The notes under the pieces: model-generated
Seen by the model: the letters and a program-made list of their open reading frames with translations, nothing else
Databases searched by the model: none
Told to the model about the DNA's origin: nothing
Source: Candidatus Latescibacterota bacterium
GTDB taxonomy: Bacteria; Latescibacterota; UBA2968
DNA length: 64,000 nucleotides
Direction: 5' to 3'
Assembly: GCA_965222605.1 (NCBI GenBank)
Contig: OZ244960.1
Span: forward strand, 1,984,001 to 2,048,000
Program-made: the position numbers and the translations under genes
In this document: positions 26,368-34,991 of the stretch, one piece after another
Position numbering within the stretch: the first letter of the stretch is position 1
Layout: every line of letters starts with the position of its first letter

Positions 26368-28845
26368 ATGGTGCGTCTTGCATTTGTGGTAATACTGATG
26401 TTCTCCTCGGCAACGGCCTTTGCTATGACCAAAGCGGATTCACTAACCGCGCTGGGTGAAGAGCAGATGGCGACTGGTTTATTCGAAGCGGCAGTCGAGA
26501 CATTTGGGCAATTGGCCAGAGCCAAACCCGAAGATGTCGAGGTGCAAACGCAACTGGGGTATGCGTACTTGAAAGCGAAAAATTACGAGGCTGCCGAGAA
26601 GGCCTTTAAGGCGGCCAAAAAACTGGACAAGACCTTTGTCCCCGCCTATGTCGGGCTGGGGATGGCCTATGTGGAAGGACCGGCAAAGGGTTTGGAAGCC
26701 GTATATCACTTTCGACGCGCAGTGGGGGAAGCCAAACGGTCGACCAAACTCGACCCGGATTACGCGCCGGCCTATCGACTTTTGAGCGAACTCTACGAGC
26801 GGTTTCGAGAGGACCACGAAAAGGCGATCACATACTATTTGCAATACCTGAAACTGGAGCCAGACAACCCGGAGGGGCTTTATTCTTTCGGGCTGGTCTG
26901 CATTCAGGCAGGGCAATACGACAAAATCGAGCGGTATATCATCCCCTATCTGAAGACCCATCCCGACGCCGTCCAGCTCCTGCCTCTAACTGCGCAGAGC
27001 TACTTCTTTCTGGAACATTACCAGGCTGCGCTGGAACATTTTGAGCGTTATTTGCAGCACCAGGACGAGGCGGAGCGGGCGCATTATATCGATATTTCTC
27101 TCGTGGCCTCCGGAAAAGAGCGCCAGGCCTATAAGGCCCTATCCGATGAAGGCGAGCGACAGACCTATCTGAAAGGATTCTGGAGGCGACGGGACCCCGA
27201 TATTCTGACCGGGATCAACGAGCGGATCATTGAGCACTATCGCCGGGTGTGGTACGCGCGGACATTCTTCTCCAAATACGAACAACTCTGGGACAAGCGC
27301 GGGGAGGTCTATATCCGCTATGGAGAACCCGATCACCGCGCCCGGTCTATCGAGCGGCAGGTGCGTGTAAGCCCTGAGGTCGAGGCAGTGCGCACACAAA
27401 TGGCGGTCGATATGTACGGCCCAGAGGCTGCGTACCTGACGTTTAGCGGTCCGGTTTTTCCGGTAAAGGTGCAGCGCGATCCCTATAGCACCAGCGTGAC
27501 ATTCAACGCCCCAGACGAATTGCTCGAAGCAACGCTGGCTCGCCCGGGAGGAGAAGCGCCCGCGTCAAATCTGGACGGGGAAGACGATGTGCTGGTGACC
27601 CAGGCAGAACAGGGGGGCCTGGAGAGCCTCGAAGCCCAGGTATTTCAGGACGTACCTGGCGAATCGGAATTCGTGAACCAGCGCAACGAGGCCTGGCGGG
27701 TGAATCCCCGGTTTGGATTTGAAGATTACGCGCCCGTAACGCTCGACTCAGAATTACAGGCTGTACCCTGGGAGGCATGGACCTACACACAACTCGGGCG
27801 CGGCGTGGAGTTCACCTTTACCGACGAACTCTCCAGCGGTCGATTTGAATTTGCCCCAATGCCAACCACGCCCACAGGAGAACGGGTCATCAGCAAGATC
27901 GGACGCCTGACCGAACACGCCCCAGCAGTGATGTTCGAACGGGTCCAGAACAAGACGCCCGATTATTACCGCCCGGGAATAGGCAAAGCCCCGCTGCACT
28001 TTTTTTACGACCTGGCCGCTTTCCGAGGACCCGGCGAGCAGACCACGCTGGAAGTCTATTACGGCGTGCCACCAGGAGAAGTGAAAATCGGACAAGCAGA
28101 AGAACAGGACTATATCCGGGTACAGGCGGCATTGGCACTGGCCGACGCGGGCCATACGCATATTTACAGAGAAGCCGAGGTCTTTTTGTACGAACGCCCC
28201 CAAAACGAGGGGTTTAGCCGGGCTAAAGGCGTATTTGTGCCCGATGTATTGACACTGAATATTCCGCCGGGCAAATACGAGCTTCAGGTACAACTCAAAG
28301 ATATGAATTCGGGACGGGTGGGGCTTTATAAACAGGCCGTGGATGTGCGGGATTACGCGCAGGAAACGCTTCAGATTAGCGATATTGAACTGGCTTATGA
28401 CATCGGCGAGAAGCCGTCGAACACCCGGTTTTTGAAGGAAGACATCTGGGTCGTGCCAATGCCTTCTCGAGCGTATGCCGGATCGCAAAAGGTTTATGTT
28501 TATTTTGAACTCTACAATTTGAAGCAGGACCCATTTGGTCAGACTCGCTATAAAGTGCAATATCTAATTCGATACAACCCCAGGGCAATATCTGGTATTC
28601 TGGGTTCGGTTGCCACGGGATTGAGCGCGTTTATCAAATACCGCAAACCGCAGGTATCCGTGAGTTATGAACAGGTGGGCACGGATACGCGCACGCGCGA
28701 ATACGTCGAACTGGACTTACAAAAGGTCAAGCGCGGTGTTAATGTGCTGGAGATTCAGATTACGGATCTCGTGAGCGGTGAACAAACCAGTAGAGCGGTG
28801 AGTTTTCAATATGGATCCGCAGATGACGCAGATGAACGCAGATAA
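26368..28845 (+). CDS. TPR + GWxTD-domain protein
   Basis: Signal peptide, TPR repeats, FWRRRDPD..T.INER..EHYRRVWYAR...WDKRGEVYIRYGEPD (degenerate GWxTDRG), C-terminal Ig-like segments. Confidence 0.85.
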   Translation: MVRLAFVVILMFSSATAFAMTKADSLTALGEEQMATGLFEAAVETFGQLARAKPEDVEVQTQLGYAYLKAKNYEAAEKAFKAAKKLDKTFVPAYVGLGMAYVEGPAKGLEAVYHFRRAVGEAKRSTKLDPDYAPAYRLLSELYERFREDHEKAITYYLQYLKLEPDNPEGLYSFGLVCIQAGQYDKIERYIIPYLKTHPDAVQLLPLTAQSYFFLEHYQAALEHFERYLQHQDEAERAHYIDISLVASGKERQAYKALSDEGERQTYLKGFWRRRDPDILTGINERIIEHYRRVWYARTFFSKYEQLWDKRGEVYIRYGEPDHRARSIERQVRVSPEVEAVRTQMAVDMYGPEAAYLTFSGPVFPVKVQRDPYSTSVTFNAPDELLEATLARPGGEAPASNLDGEDDVLVTQAEQGGLESLEAQVFQDVPGESEFVNQRNEAWRVNPRFGFEDYAPVTLDSELQAVPWEAWTYTQLGRGVEFTFTDELSSGRFEFAPMPTTPTGERVISKIGRLTEHAPAVMFERVQNKTPDYYRPGIGKAPLHFFYDLAAFRGPGEQTTLEVYYGVPPGEVKIGQAEEQDYIRVQAALALADAGHTHIYREAEVFLYERPQNEGFSRAKGVFVPDVLTLNIPPGKYELQVQLKDMNSGRVGLYKQAVDVRDYAQETLQISDIELAYDIGEKPSNTRFLKEDIWVVPMPSRAYAGSQKVYVYFELYNLKQDPFGQTRYKVQYLIRYNPRAISGILGSVATGLSAFIKYRKPQVSVSYEQVGTDTRTREYVELDLQKVKRGVNVLEIQITDLVSGEQTSRAVSFQYGSADDADERR

Positions 28846-28884
28846 ATAAGAGAGGGGCTGGGGGCTGGTTTCGCACCATCATTT

Positions 28885-28932
28885 AATAGGCACCTGACGG
28901 AGCGTATCTTATCCGTCGGTGCCTATTTTTTT
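28885..28932 (+). terminator. Intrinsic terminator after the GWxTD gene
   Basis: AATAGGCACC-T-GACGGA-loop-TCCGTC-GGTGCCTATTTTTTT. Confidence 0.8.
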
Positions 28933-28951
28933 CTTGAGCCTTATCAGATAG

Positions 28952-30343
28952 CCCGTAAACCCCATCGGCTTTAGCGATGGTATAAAGAGTGGCTCTACGA
29001 ATCCCTGCTTTCGCAGGGACATGCTTATGGGGTGGTGCAAGAGCGTTGGGGCACAATCATCAAGGGATTGTGGGCGGTGAGTCATTGTGATTCGTCCGCT
29101 CATTCCACCTGCCTGTGCGTCACCGCACGCAGACAGGCGAAAAATGGGTTGACGAAATACGCTCATAAGTGTATATTTTTATTATGCTTAAGTCCTTCAA
29201 ATACAGACTGCGCCAGACGAAGAAACAGGAGAAAATCCTACTGGCTCACATTGAAGAATGTCGCTTGCTGTATAACCAGCTTGTCTGTGCAAGAGTCCAA
29301 GCATGGCAGCAAAAGCATCAGTCTTTGTCCTGCTATGACCAGATAAAAACCATTCCATTGATGAAGAAACAACGACCTGAATTTACGCAAGTGTATAGTC
29401 AGGTGTTGCAACAGGTCGCGGTACGGGTTGATCTTGCATTCAAGGCGTTCTTTCGTCGTGTTAAAGCGCGGGCAAAGACGGGTGAGAAAGCAGGCTTTCC
29501 CAGATACAAAGGTCAGAATCGCTATGATTCTATCACCTATCCTCAGTTTTCCAACGGATGCCGACTGGACGAGAAGGGCTTGCGATTGGGTAAGATAGGC
29601 TGTATTCGGATTGTGCAGCACAGACCCCTTGAGGGTATGCCTAAGTCTTGCACGCTCAGGCGCACAGCCACGGGCAAGTGGTTTGTTACTATCTCTTGTG
29701 ATATAGGCGACGCGCCTGAAAAAACAGACGCTGGTCCCGCCGTTGGCATTGACGTGGGGCTTGATAATTTTGCTATGTTTTCTGACAGAGAGAAGATAGC
29801 CAATCCTCGCTTTTTTCGGAAAGAGGAAAAGGTGCTTGCCAAAGCACAGCGCAAGTGGGACAAAGTGAAAAAAGCGTCGCCAAAGAAACGAGAGAAAGCG
29901 CGTAAAACTGTTGCCAGAGTGCATGAGCGTATCCGTAATAGACGGAATGATTTTGTTCATCAAGAAGCTCGGAAAGTAGTAAATAAGTATGGCTTTATTG
30001 CAACAGAAAAGTTAGACACTAAAAAGATGCAAAAGAATCGTCGCTTGTCAAAAAGCATCTCAGATGCAGCGTGGTCACTGTTTCGGCATTGTCTCGAATA
30101 CAAAGCGGAAGAGGCTGGTATTGGATTCAAGGCCGTTGATCCTGAATACACCTCACAAGATTGCTCTTCTTGTGGGCACCGCGAGAAGAAAGCACTCTCT
30201 GATCGTGTGCATCATTGCAAAAAGTGTGGCTATACAGCAGACAGAGACCTCAATGCTGCGATAAACATATTGACTTTGGGATTACAAAGTCAGGTGGCTT
30301 GACCACCAAGAAGCCCAACTGCTCTACCGTTGGGAGTAATCAC
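28952..30343 (+). mobile_element. IS200/IS605-family element, tnpB-only (IS1341-like), copy 1
   Basis: Left-end hairpin CCATCGGCTTTAGCGATGG, right-end GAAG-CCCAAC..GTTGGG-AGTAATCAC; ends shared with copy 2; left boundary uncertain by a few nt. Confidence 0.88.
29184..30302 (+). CDS. tnpB: RNA-guided endonuclease TnpB
   Basis: HTH KSFKYRL, RuvC GIDVG / ATEKL / DRDLNAAINI, zinc finger CSSCG..CKKCG; ATG 29184 gives the same length as copy 2. Confidence 0.95.
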   Translation: MLKSFKYRLRQTKKQEKILLAHIEECRLLYNQLVCARVQAWQQKHQSLSCYDQIKTIPLMKKQRPEFTQVYSQVLQQVAVRVDLAFKAFFRRVKARAKTGEKAGFPRYKGQNRYDSITYPQFSNGCRLDEKGLRLGKIGCIRIVQHRPLEGMPKSCTLRRTATGKWFVTISCDIGDAPEKTDAGPAVGIDVGLDNFAMFSDREKIANPRFFRKEEKVLAKAQRKWDKVKKASPKKREKARKTVARVHERIRNRRNDFVHQEARKVVNKYGFIATEKLDTKKMQKNRRLSKSISDAAWSLFRHCLEYKAEEAGIGFKAVDPEYTSQDCSSCGHREKKALSDRVHHCKKCGYTADRDLNAAINILTLGLQSQVA

Positions 30344-30403
30344 CGGTCTTTTGCCGTATATACTCCGTATTCGTTTTATATCTCTTCCTTTTTTATTCAA
30401 TTC

Positions 30404-32401
30404 ATGGCTCAATTACAAACGCCTATTCGCGTTGAAACCCCAGATACAGAATCCGAGAACCGGGTCCGCAAGACAGCTGTATTGGCGATGGTAGGTACGC
30501 TGGTATTTGCGTGTGCGATGTCAACTTATGTGGAATTGAGCACGCGATCCGGTCTCCTGGCAATGTCCAATCTGCCAATGACCGTATTATTGCCCTTTGT
30601 ATTCTGGCTTTTGGGCAATTCGGTATTGAAGCGTTTCTGGCCCCAGTTGTCCTTGTCTGCAACAGAGATGCGGGTGCTATTTTGTCTCTTGTGGGTAGGC
30701 GGTTTGTTCGCCGGTTTTAACTGGGCAACGCAGTGGGCCGGCATGATGGCTGCACCGCGTTATTTTGCGTCGCCAGAGAACCGCTGGGAAGAGTTATATT
30801 TTGACGATTTGCCCAACTGGATGCTGCCGTTAGACACTCCGGGTGTAGTCGATGGCTTCTATCAGGGAATATGGTCCGGCGTGCCCTGGGGCGCGTGGTT
30901 GGGACCGATTTTCTGGGCGGGATCTATCGCCCTGGCAATCACGGCCATTGGATTGGGATTAACCGCATTATTTCAAAAGCAATGGGCGCAACACGAGCGC
31001 CTGGTCTATCCCCTGGCCGAAGTATCCCTGGAACTCACCGAAGGATTTGATCGAAAACCGGGTTGGCCTGCCTTTATGCAAAATAAGGCATTTTGGGCGG
31101 GATTTTTTATCGCAGCACTACCCCTTTTGTGGAACATCGGAGAATATTTTATCCCCGATTTTCCACGCATTGCAATTTTTGACCCCATGTTCGGGCGAAC
31201 CGGGCGCAGAGGGGCACCCCTGTCCCGGTATTTGCCACCATTTGCCTTCTCCTATCGCATTCTGCCCACCCTGATGGGATTTACTTTTCTGTGCGATCTG
31301 AACATTCTGTTCAGCATCTGGTCGGTTTATCTCGTAGGACTGGGGGCACAATACGCCATGAATCGCGTGGGGTTCACAGTGGGAATGAGCGGGCAAGAAG
31401 CCGATGCAGGCGTCATTGTGAACCTTTTTTCGAACGGGGCGATGTTGGGACTAACTCTCTGGGCGATATGGGCAGCACGCGGGCATCTGAAACGCGTGTG
31501 GAGACAGGTTCGCAGTCCAGTTGCAGGAGAAGCGTCCGAGACAATGATTCTGTCTCCTCGAGGAACTTTTCTGGTGCTTGCGAGCGGATTGATATATATG
31601 GCATTCTGGCTTTATCAGTCGGGAAATAGCCCATCAACACTGATATTGTGGATGGCGGCATTCTGGATCGGCCTTTTTGTATCGATGAAGCTCGTGGCTG
31701 CCACTGGTTTCGCCTATTTATTTCCCTTTTGGGCAGGTGGAACGACCATACTGGGCGATATGTTTGTGGGCACGCGCAATATGTCCACACCCACGCTGGT
31801 AAGCACGCATATGGTGAATCACCGTTTGCTGGCAGGCTGGCGCGTGCCGACAGCGCTACCCAATATAGACCGGACAATGGCGGGCTCGACAAAGACAAAC
31901 CGATTGATCTGGATCGGCGTTCTTCTCGGAGTGATCATTGGCGCTTCTTATACGGTCTGGCTGTGTTATACCTGGGGCGGTGCCAGCTTTCATTCCTGGG
32001 CATTGGAGGGTTCGGCACGAGAACGGTACAATATTATCGCCGGGGCGGTTGGCGATACAGATCGGTCTGTTCCAGATCTGGAAAAGACCGGCGTGTATTT
32101 GTTGGGTACTCTGGGGGCACTAATATTTGCCGTACTTCAGGCGAGGATCCCCTGGTGGCCCCTCCATCCCATGGGATTAATGGTGATGTATAGCTGGTAC
32201 ATGCGCATTTATATTCTGGACATTTTCTTGGTATGGCTGGCCAAGCTGCTGGTGCTACAATTCGGAGGGATCTTGCTCTACCGGCGGGTGCGCCCGTGTT
32301 GTTATGGGTTAATCGTGGGATTTGTATTTGCGATAGGAATTGCATTCCTCGTAGATGTAATCTGGTTTCCAGACCAGGGGCACGGGATTCACGGGTGGTA
32401 A
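30404..32401 (+). CDS. DUF6785/DUF6784-like polytopic membrane protein, copy 2
   Basis: Paralog of 24381: SPENRWEE, KQWAQHERLVYPLA, WWPLHPMG, FGGILLYRR; ends HGW; probable start ATG 30404. Confidence 0.75.
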   Translation: MAQLQTPIRVETPDTESENRVRKTAVLAMVGTLVFACAMSTYVELSTRSGLLAMSNLPMTVLLPFVFWLLGNSVLKRFWPQLSLSATEMRVLFCLLWVGGLFAGFNWATQWAGMMAAPRYFASPENRWEELYFDDLPNWMLPLDTPGVVDGFYQGIWSGVPWGAWLGPIFWAGSIALAITAIGLGLTALFQKQWAQHERLVYPLAEVSLELTEGFDRKPGWPAFMQNKAFWAGFFIAALPLLWNIGEYFIPDFPRIAIFDPMFGRTGRRGAPLSRYLPPFAFSYRILPTLMGFTFLCDLNILFSIWSVYLVGLGAQYAMNRVGFTVGMSGQEADAGVIVNLFSNGAMLGLTLWAIWAARGHLKRVWRQVRSPVAGEASETMILSPRGTFLVLASGLIYMAFWLYQSGNSPSTLILWMAAFWIGLFVSMKLVAATGFAYLFPFWAGGTTILGDMFVGTRNMSTPTLVSTHMVNHRLLAGWRVPTALPNIDRTMAGSTKTNRLIWIGVLLGVIIGASYTVWLCYTWGGASFHSWALEGSARERYNIIAGAVGDTDRSVPDLEKTGVYLLGTLGALIFAVLQARIPWWPLHPMGLMVMYSWYMRIYILDIFLVWLAKLLVLQFGGILLYRRVRPCCYGLIVGFVFAIGIAFLVDVIWFPDQGHGIHGW

Positions 32402-32613
32402 TACGAAACAAACAAAATCCGTTTGTTTATCAAGTATTTTTTGGGTATTATTTAAAGAGACCATATAGCCATAAGATAATTCTCAAGTAGAAGTCGATAA
32501 CTGCAATATGGTTCTCAAATAAGAAAGCCATCCCATTCTGTTTTACGACATTAAACTCCTGTCTCTAAAGTTTTAGGTTTTCTACCCATCGCAGGCCAAT
32601 AAGGAGATTTACT

Positions 32614-32844
32614 GTGGGATTATTTGATCGCAAAAATCAGCACAAGCAAACAGATAACACAGCATCAGTTGATCATAAAAATCTGTACCGGCAACCACAA
32701 ATCTCTCCCCTTGCTTCATACACACCCGCAGTTTCAGGATTTATAGGTGGCCTGGTACTTGGCAGTCCCTTTGGGCCAGTGGGAATTGCCATCGGAGGTG
32801 CTGTCGGTGTTTTCTGTGGATACAAGGTTGGAAGCAGGGGATAG
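32614..32844 (+). CDS. Small glycine-zipper protein
   Basis: SD AAGGAG + GTG; GFIGGLVLGSPFGPVGIAIGGAVGVFCG GxxxG repeats. Confidence 0.6.
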   Translation: MGLFDRKNQHKQTDNTASVDHKNLYRQPQISPLASYTPAVSGFIGGLVLGSPFGPVGIAIGGAVGVFCGYKVGSRG

Positions 32845-33147
32845 ATGTCGCTTACCATACAAAAAATCGGCCTAATTCTCGGTGCATTACTTTCGATTAT
32901 TTACACCTGTATCGTCTTTTATAAAAAAAAGAAACCTGACCTTCCACAAATCATTACGATCATTATGGCGAGCGTCGGGCTTATGACAGGGATATTTCTC
33001 GGATACACTGCTATCATTTACGATGATACAGCACTTGGAGAACTAAGTGAACACAGGCTACCCGTTTTTGTGGGTGGCATCGCTATTCTTTATATATCTG
33101 TGGATGGTATAGTCAGATGTTTCAGAAAAGCTACGGATAAACAGTAA
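32845..33147 (+). CDS. Small 3-TM membrane protein
   Basis: Abuts the upstream stop; three hydrophobic segments. Confidence 0.6.
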   Translation: MSLTIQKIGLILGALLSIIYTCIVFYKKKKPDLPQIITIIMASVGLMTGIFLGYTAIIYDDTALGELSEHRLPVFVGGIAILYISVDGIVRCFRKATDKQ

Positions 33148-33204
33148 TATCGGAAATGGAAGTACAGGAAGACTTCAAAGCATTTATCTTAGGAGAGGAA
33201 AACC

Positions 33205-33437
33205 ATAGATACGATCTTGCTGATCCTTGCTATAGGCGTTCTGTTTGCGTATCAAGTAGTGGGATATATAAAATGGCGAAAAGGTCAAATGTCTTTCCGT
33301 CGTTTTATAGGTTCTCTTGGTGTTCTCATAGTGTACCCGCATTGTCCTTGCCTTCAAATTGGACCCTGGGGATACTCGTAGCAGCGGTAATCATATTTGG
33401 AATCGCCTCTTTCAGAGACAAGCGCACTCAGGGATAA
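33205..33437 (+). pseudogene. Small membrane-protein pseudogene (ATA start, frameshift)
   Basis: SD AGGAGAGG then ATA-DTILLILAIGVLFAYQVVGYIKWRKG...; the hydrophobic tail WTLGILVAAVIIFGIASF lies in another frame. Confidence 0.45.
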
Positions 33438-33524
33438 CCTGTGGTCGCCTGCAGGGTTTACAAAATTTGATGCACCAAATTTTTAAGGGGATCGATCATC
33501 CGGTCCCCTTTTTTAATATGCGCT

Positions 33525-34682
33525 TCAATGCAAGAGACGGAATCGAAGGTCTCGGAAAGCTGTTTTACATTCCCATACATTCAGCGCAATCGGTCCTGAT
33601 TGATAGCTAAAATCGGTCACCTGATTGACCAGCTTGCCATCAATATATGAAGTAAGAGACGCGCCCCGGGCGGCGATTTGCACATCGTATTCCTGTCCAT
33701 GTTCAATGGGATAGTTGACCACACTGAGCTTTGTTAGTCCCTCGGGAGTGACCTTGCTAATGGCGACAGCCTGCCAGCCCAATAAGAAATCCAGCAAATA
33801 CCAGCACCGTTCGTCTTCGGACATTCTAAAGAAAACCTGAGCATTGCCGCCTGAAATGGGTGTGATGAGAAGCGACAGCTCATAACTTCCCCAGGAAGAA
33901 TCACCTATGATAAGCGGAGAATCGTTGTCACTTGAAGGGTCTGCTTCACCCACGATGCCATCGTCCGTGCGCGTCCAAACCTGATGCAAAGACGCTTCGG
34001 TATGTCCCTTTGCCGGTCGCCAATCTGCCAATCCATCTCCCTCAATCAATTTCTGCCAGTGGATAACCCCTCTCATTCCACTAATGACCCTGCGTCCGTA
34101 ATCTTCCTGGTTTTCACCATCGACAAATGTTCTATTTTCCATGACTAAAAGCCTCCTTTTGAGTTGTTTCCGCGATCTGTGTAACCGACTCTTGACAGTA
34201 CCCACCGGAATACCGAGGATACTGGCAATCTGATTCTGCTGTAATCCAACCAGATAAAAAAGCGTAGTAACCGTCCGATCCGCTGGAGAAAGCAATTTGA
34301 AAGCCCGCTTCAGAGCAGATGCGTACTGTGGCGCCACCGCTTTCTCAGGATGCACAAACTCAAGCTGTTGGTACTCCTGCACCCTTGATAATCCCCGTGC
34401 CTCAAGCGTTCGCTTTCTCACCCATTTGAGAGCCACGTTGCGCGCAATGGTATAAAGCCAGGATGAGAATTTGCCAACATCATCGAGTTGGTTGAGATTC
34501 CGATAGGCGAGAATAAATGTTTCTTGAGTCGCGTCTTCGGTATCATCAGCATCTTGCAGCACAGCCCATATAACGCCAAATACCAGAGATCGGTGCTGGT
34601 TAATCAGGTCGGCAAATGCGCTCTCATCGCCACTACAGGCTTTATCGACCAGGATCTTATCGCCTGATAATAAATCATTCAT
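33525..34682 (-). CDS. ECF sigma factor with a C-terminal DUF1080-like domain
   Basis: EDATQETFILAY, FSSWLYTIARN, IASILGIPVGTVKSRLHRSR; C-terminal LIEGDGLADW...GGNAQVFFR...IDGKLVN...GPIAL..FRDLR. Confidence 0.9.
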   Translation of the reverse strand: MNDLLSGDKILVDKACSGDESAFADLINQHRSLVFGVIWAVLQDADDTEDATQETFILAYRNLNQLDDVGKFSSWLYTIARNVALKWVRKRTLEARGLSRVQEYQQLEFVHPEKAVAPQYASALKRAFKLLSPADRTVTTLFYLVGLQQNQIASILGIPVGTVKSRLHRSRKQLKRRLLVMENRTFVDGENQEDYGRRVISGMRGVIHWQKLIEGDGLADWRPAKGHTEASLHQVWTRTDDGIVGEADPSSDNDSPLIIGDSSWGSYELSLLITPISGGNAQVFFRMSEDERCWYLLDFLLGWQAVAISKVTPEGLTKLSVVNYPIEHGQEYDVQIAARGASLTSYIDGKLVNQVTDFSYQSGPIALNVWECKTAFRDLRFRLLH

Positions 34683-34712
34683 CAGAGTACTCCGATTCGC
34701 GCGTTCATAACA

Positions 34713-34740
34713 ATAGATTCAGTTTTTGGCATAAGGTTCA
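34713..34740 (-). promoter_or_regulatory. Putative ECF-type autoregulatory promoter
   Basis: Minus strand TGAACC-TTATGCCAAAAACT-GAATCT just upstream of the ECF gene. Confidence 0.45.
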
Positions 34741-34814
34741 CGAATTTTTCACAACTCAAGTGCGAAAGAAGCCCCATAAATCAAAAGCATCTCAAGCATT
34801 TCTCTACGATCAAG

Positions 34815-34932
34815 TGTTCATTTTCGGACACCACTGTATCAAAATCGGACACTTTTTAAGACGCTAAAATCAGGTGATTTTTCGTAACCTATTGTTATAT
34901 CAGTATTTGACTTTTTCGGCACAGTTTTTGCT
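34815..34932 (+). promoter_or_regulatory. Sigma54 promoter with tandem enhancer sites and an IHF-like site
   Basis: CGGCAC-AGTTT-TTGCT (GG-N10-GC, 34918-34931); TGT-N10-ACA 34815-34830 and TGT-N11-ACA 34835-34851; IHF-like TAACAATAGGTTA (minus strand, 34885-34897). Confidence 0.72.
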
Positions 34933-34991
34933 TAATAATTGTATAATCCTCAGCTATGCTCAGTAATGGTAAAACACAGTGGAGGCCCAAT

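Noticed and set aside
28909-29166. Minus-strand 85-aa ORF as tnpA
   Set aside because: No HUH or catalytic Tyr motif; it simply reads through the left-end hairpin and an inserted palindrome
29184-30302. TnpB as Cas12f or a nuclease-dead TldR regulator
   Set aside because: No CRISPR array, IS ends are present and all three RuvC acidic residues are intact
30215-30403. 63-aa N-terminal extension of the second DUF6785-like protein
   Set aside because: It overlaps tnpB and the IS right end; comparison with the paralog supports ATG 30404
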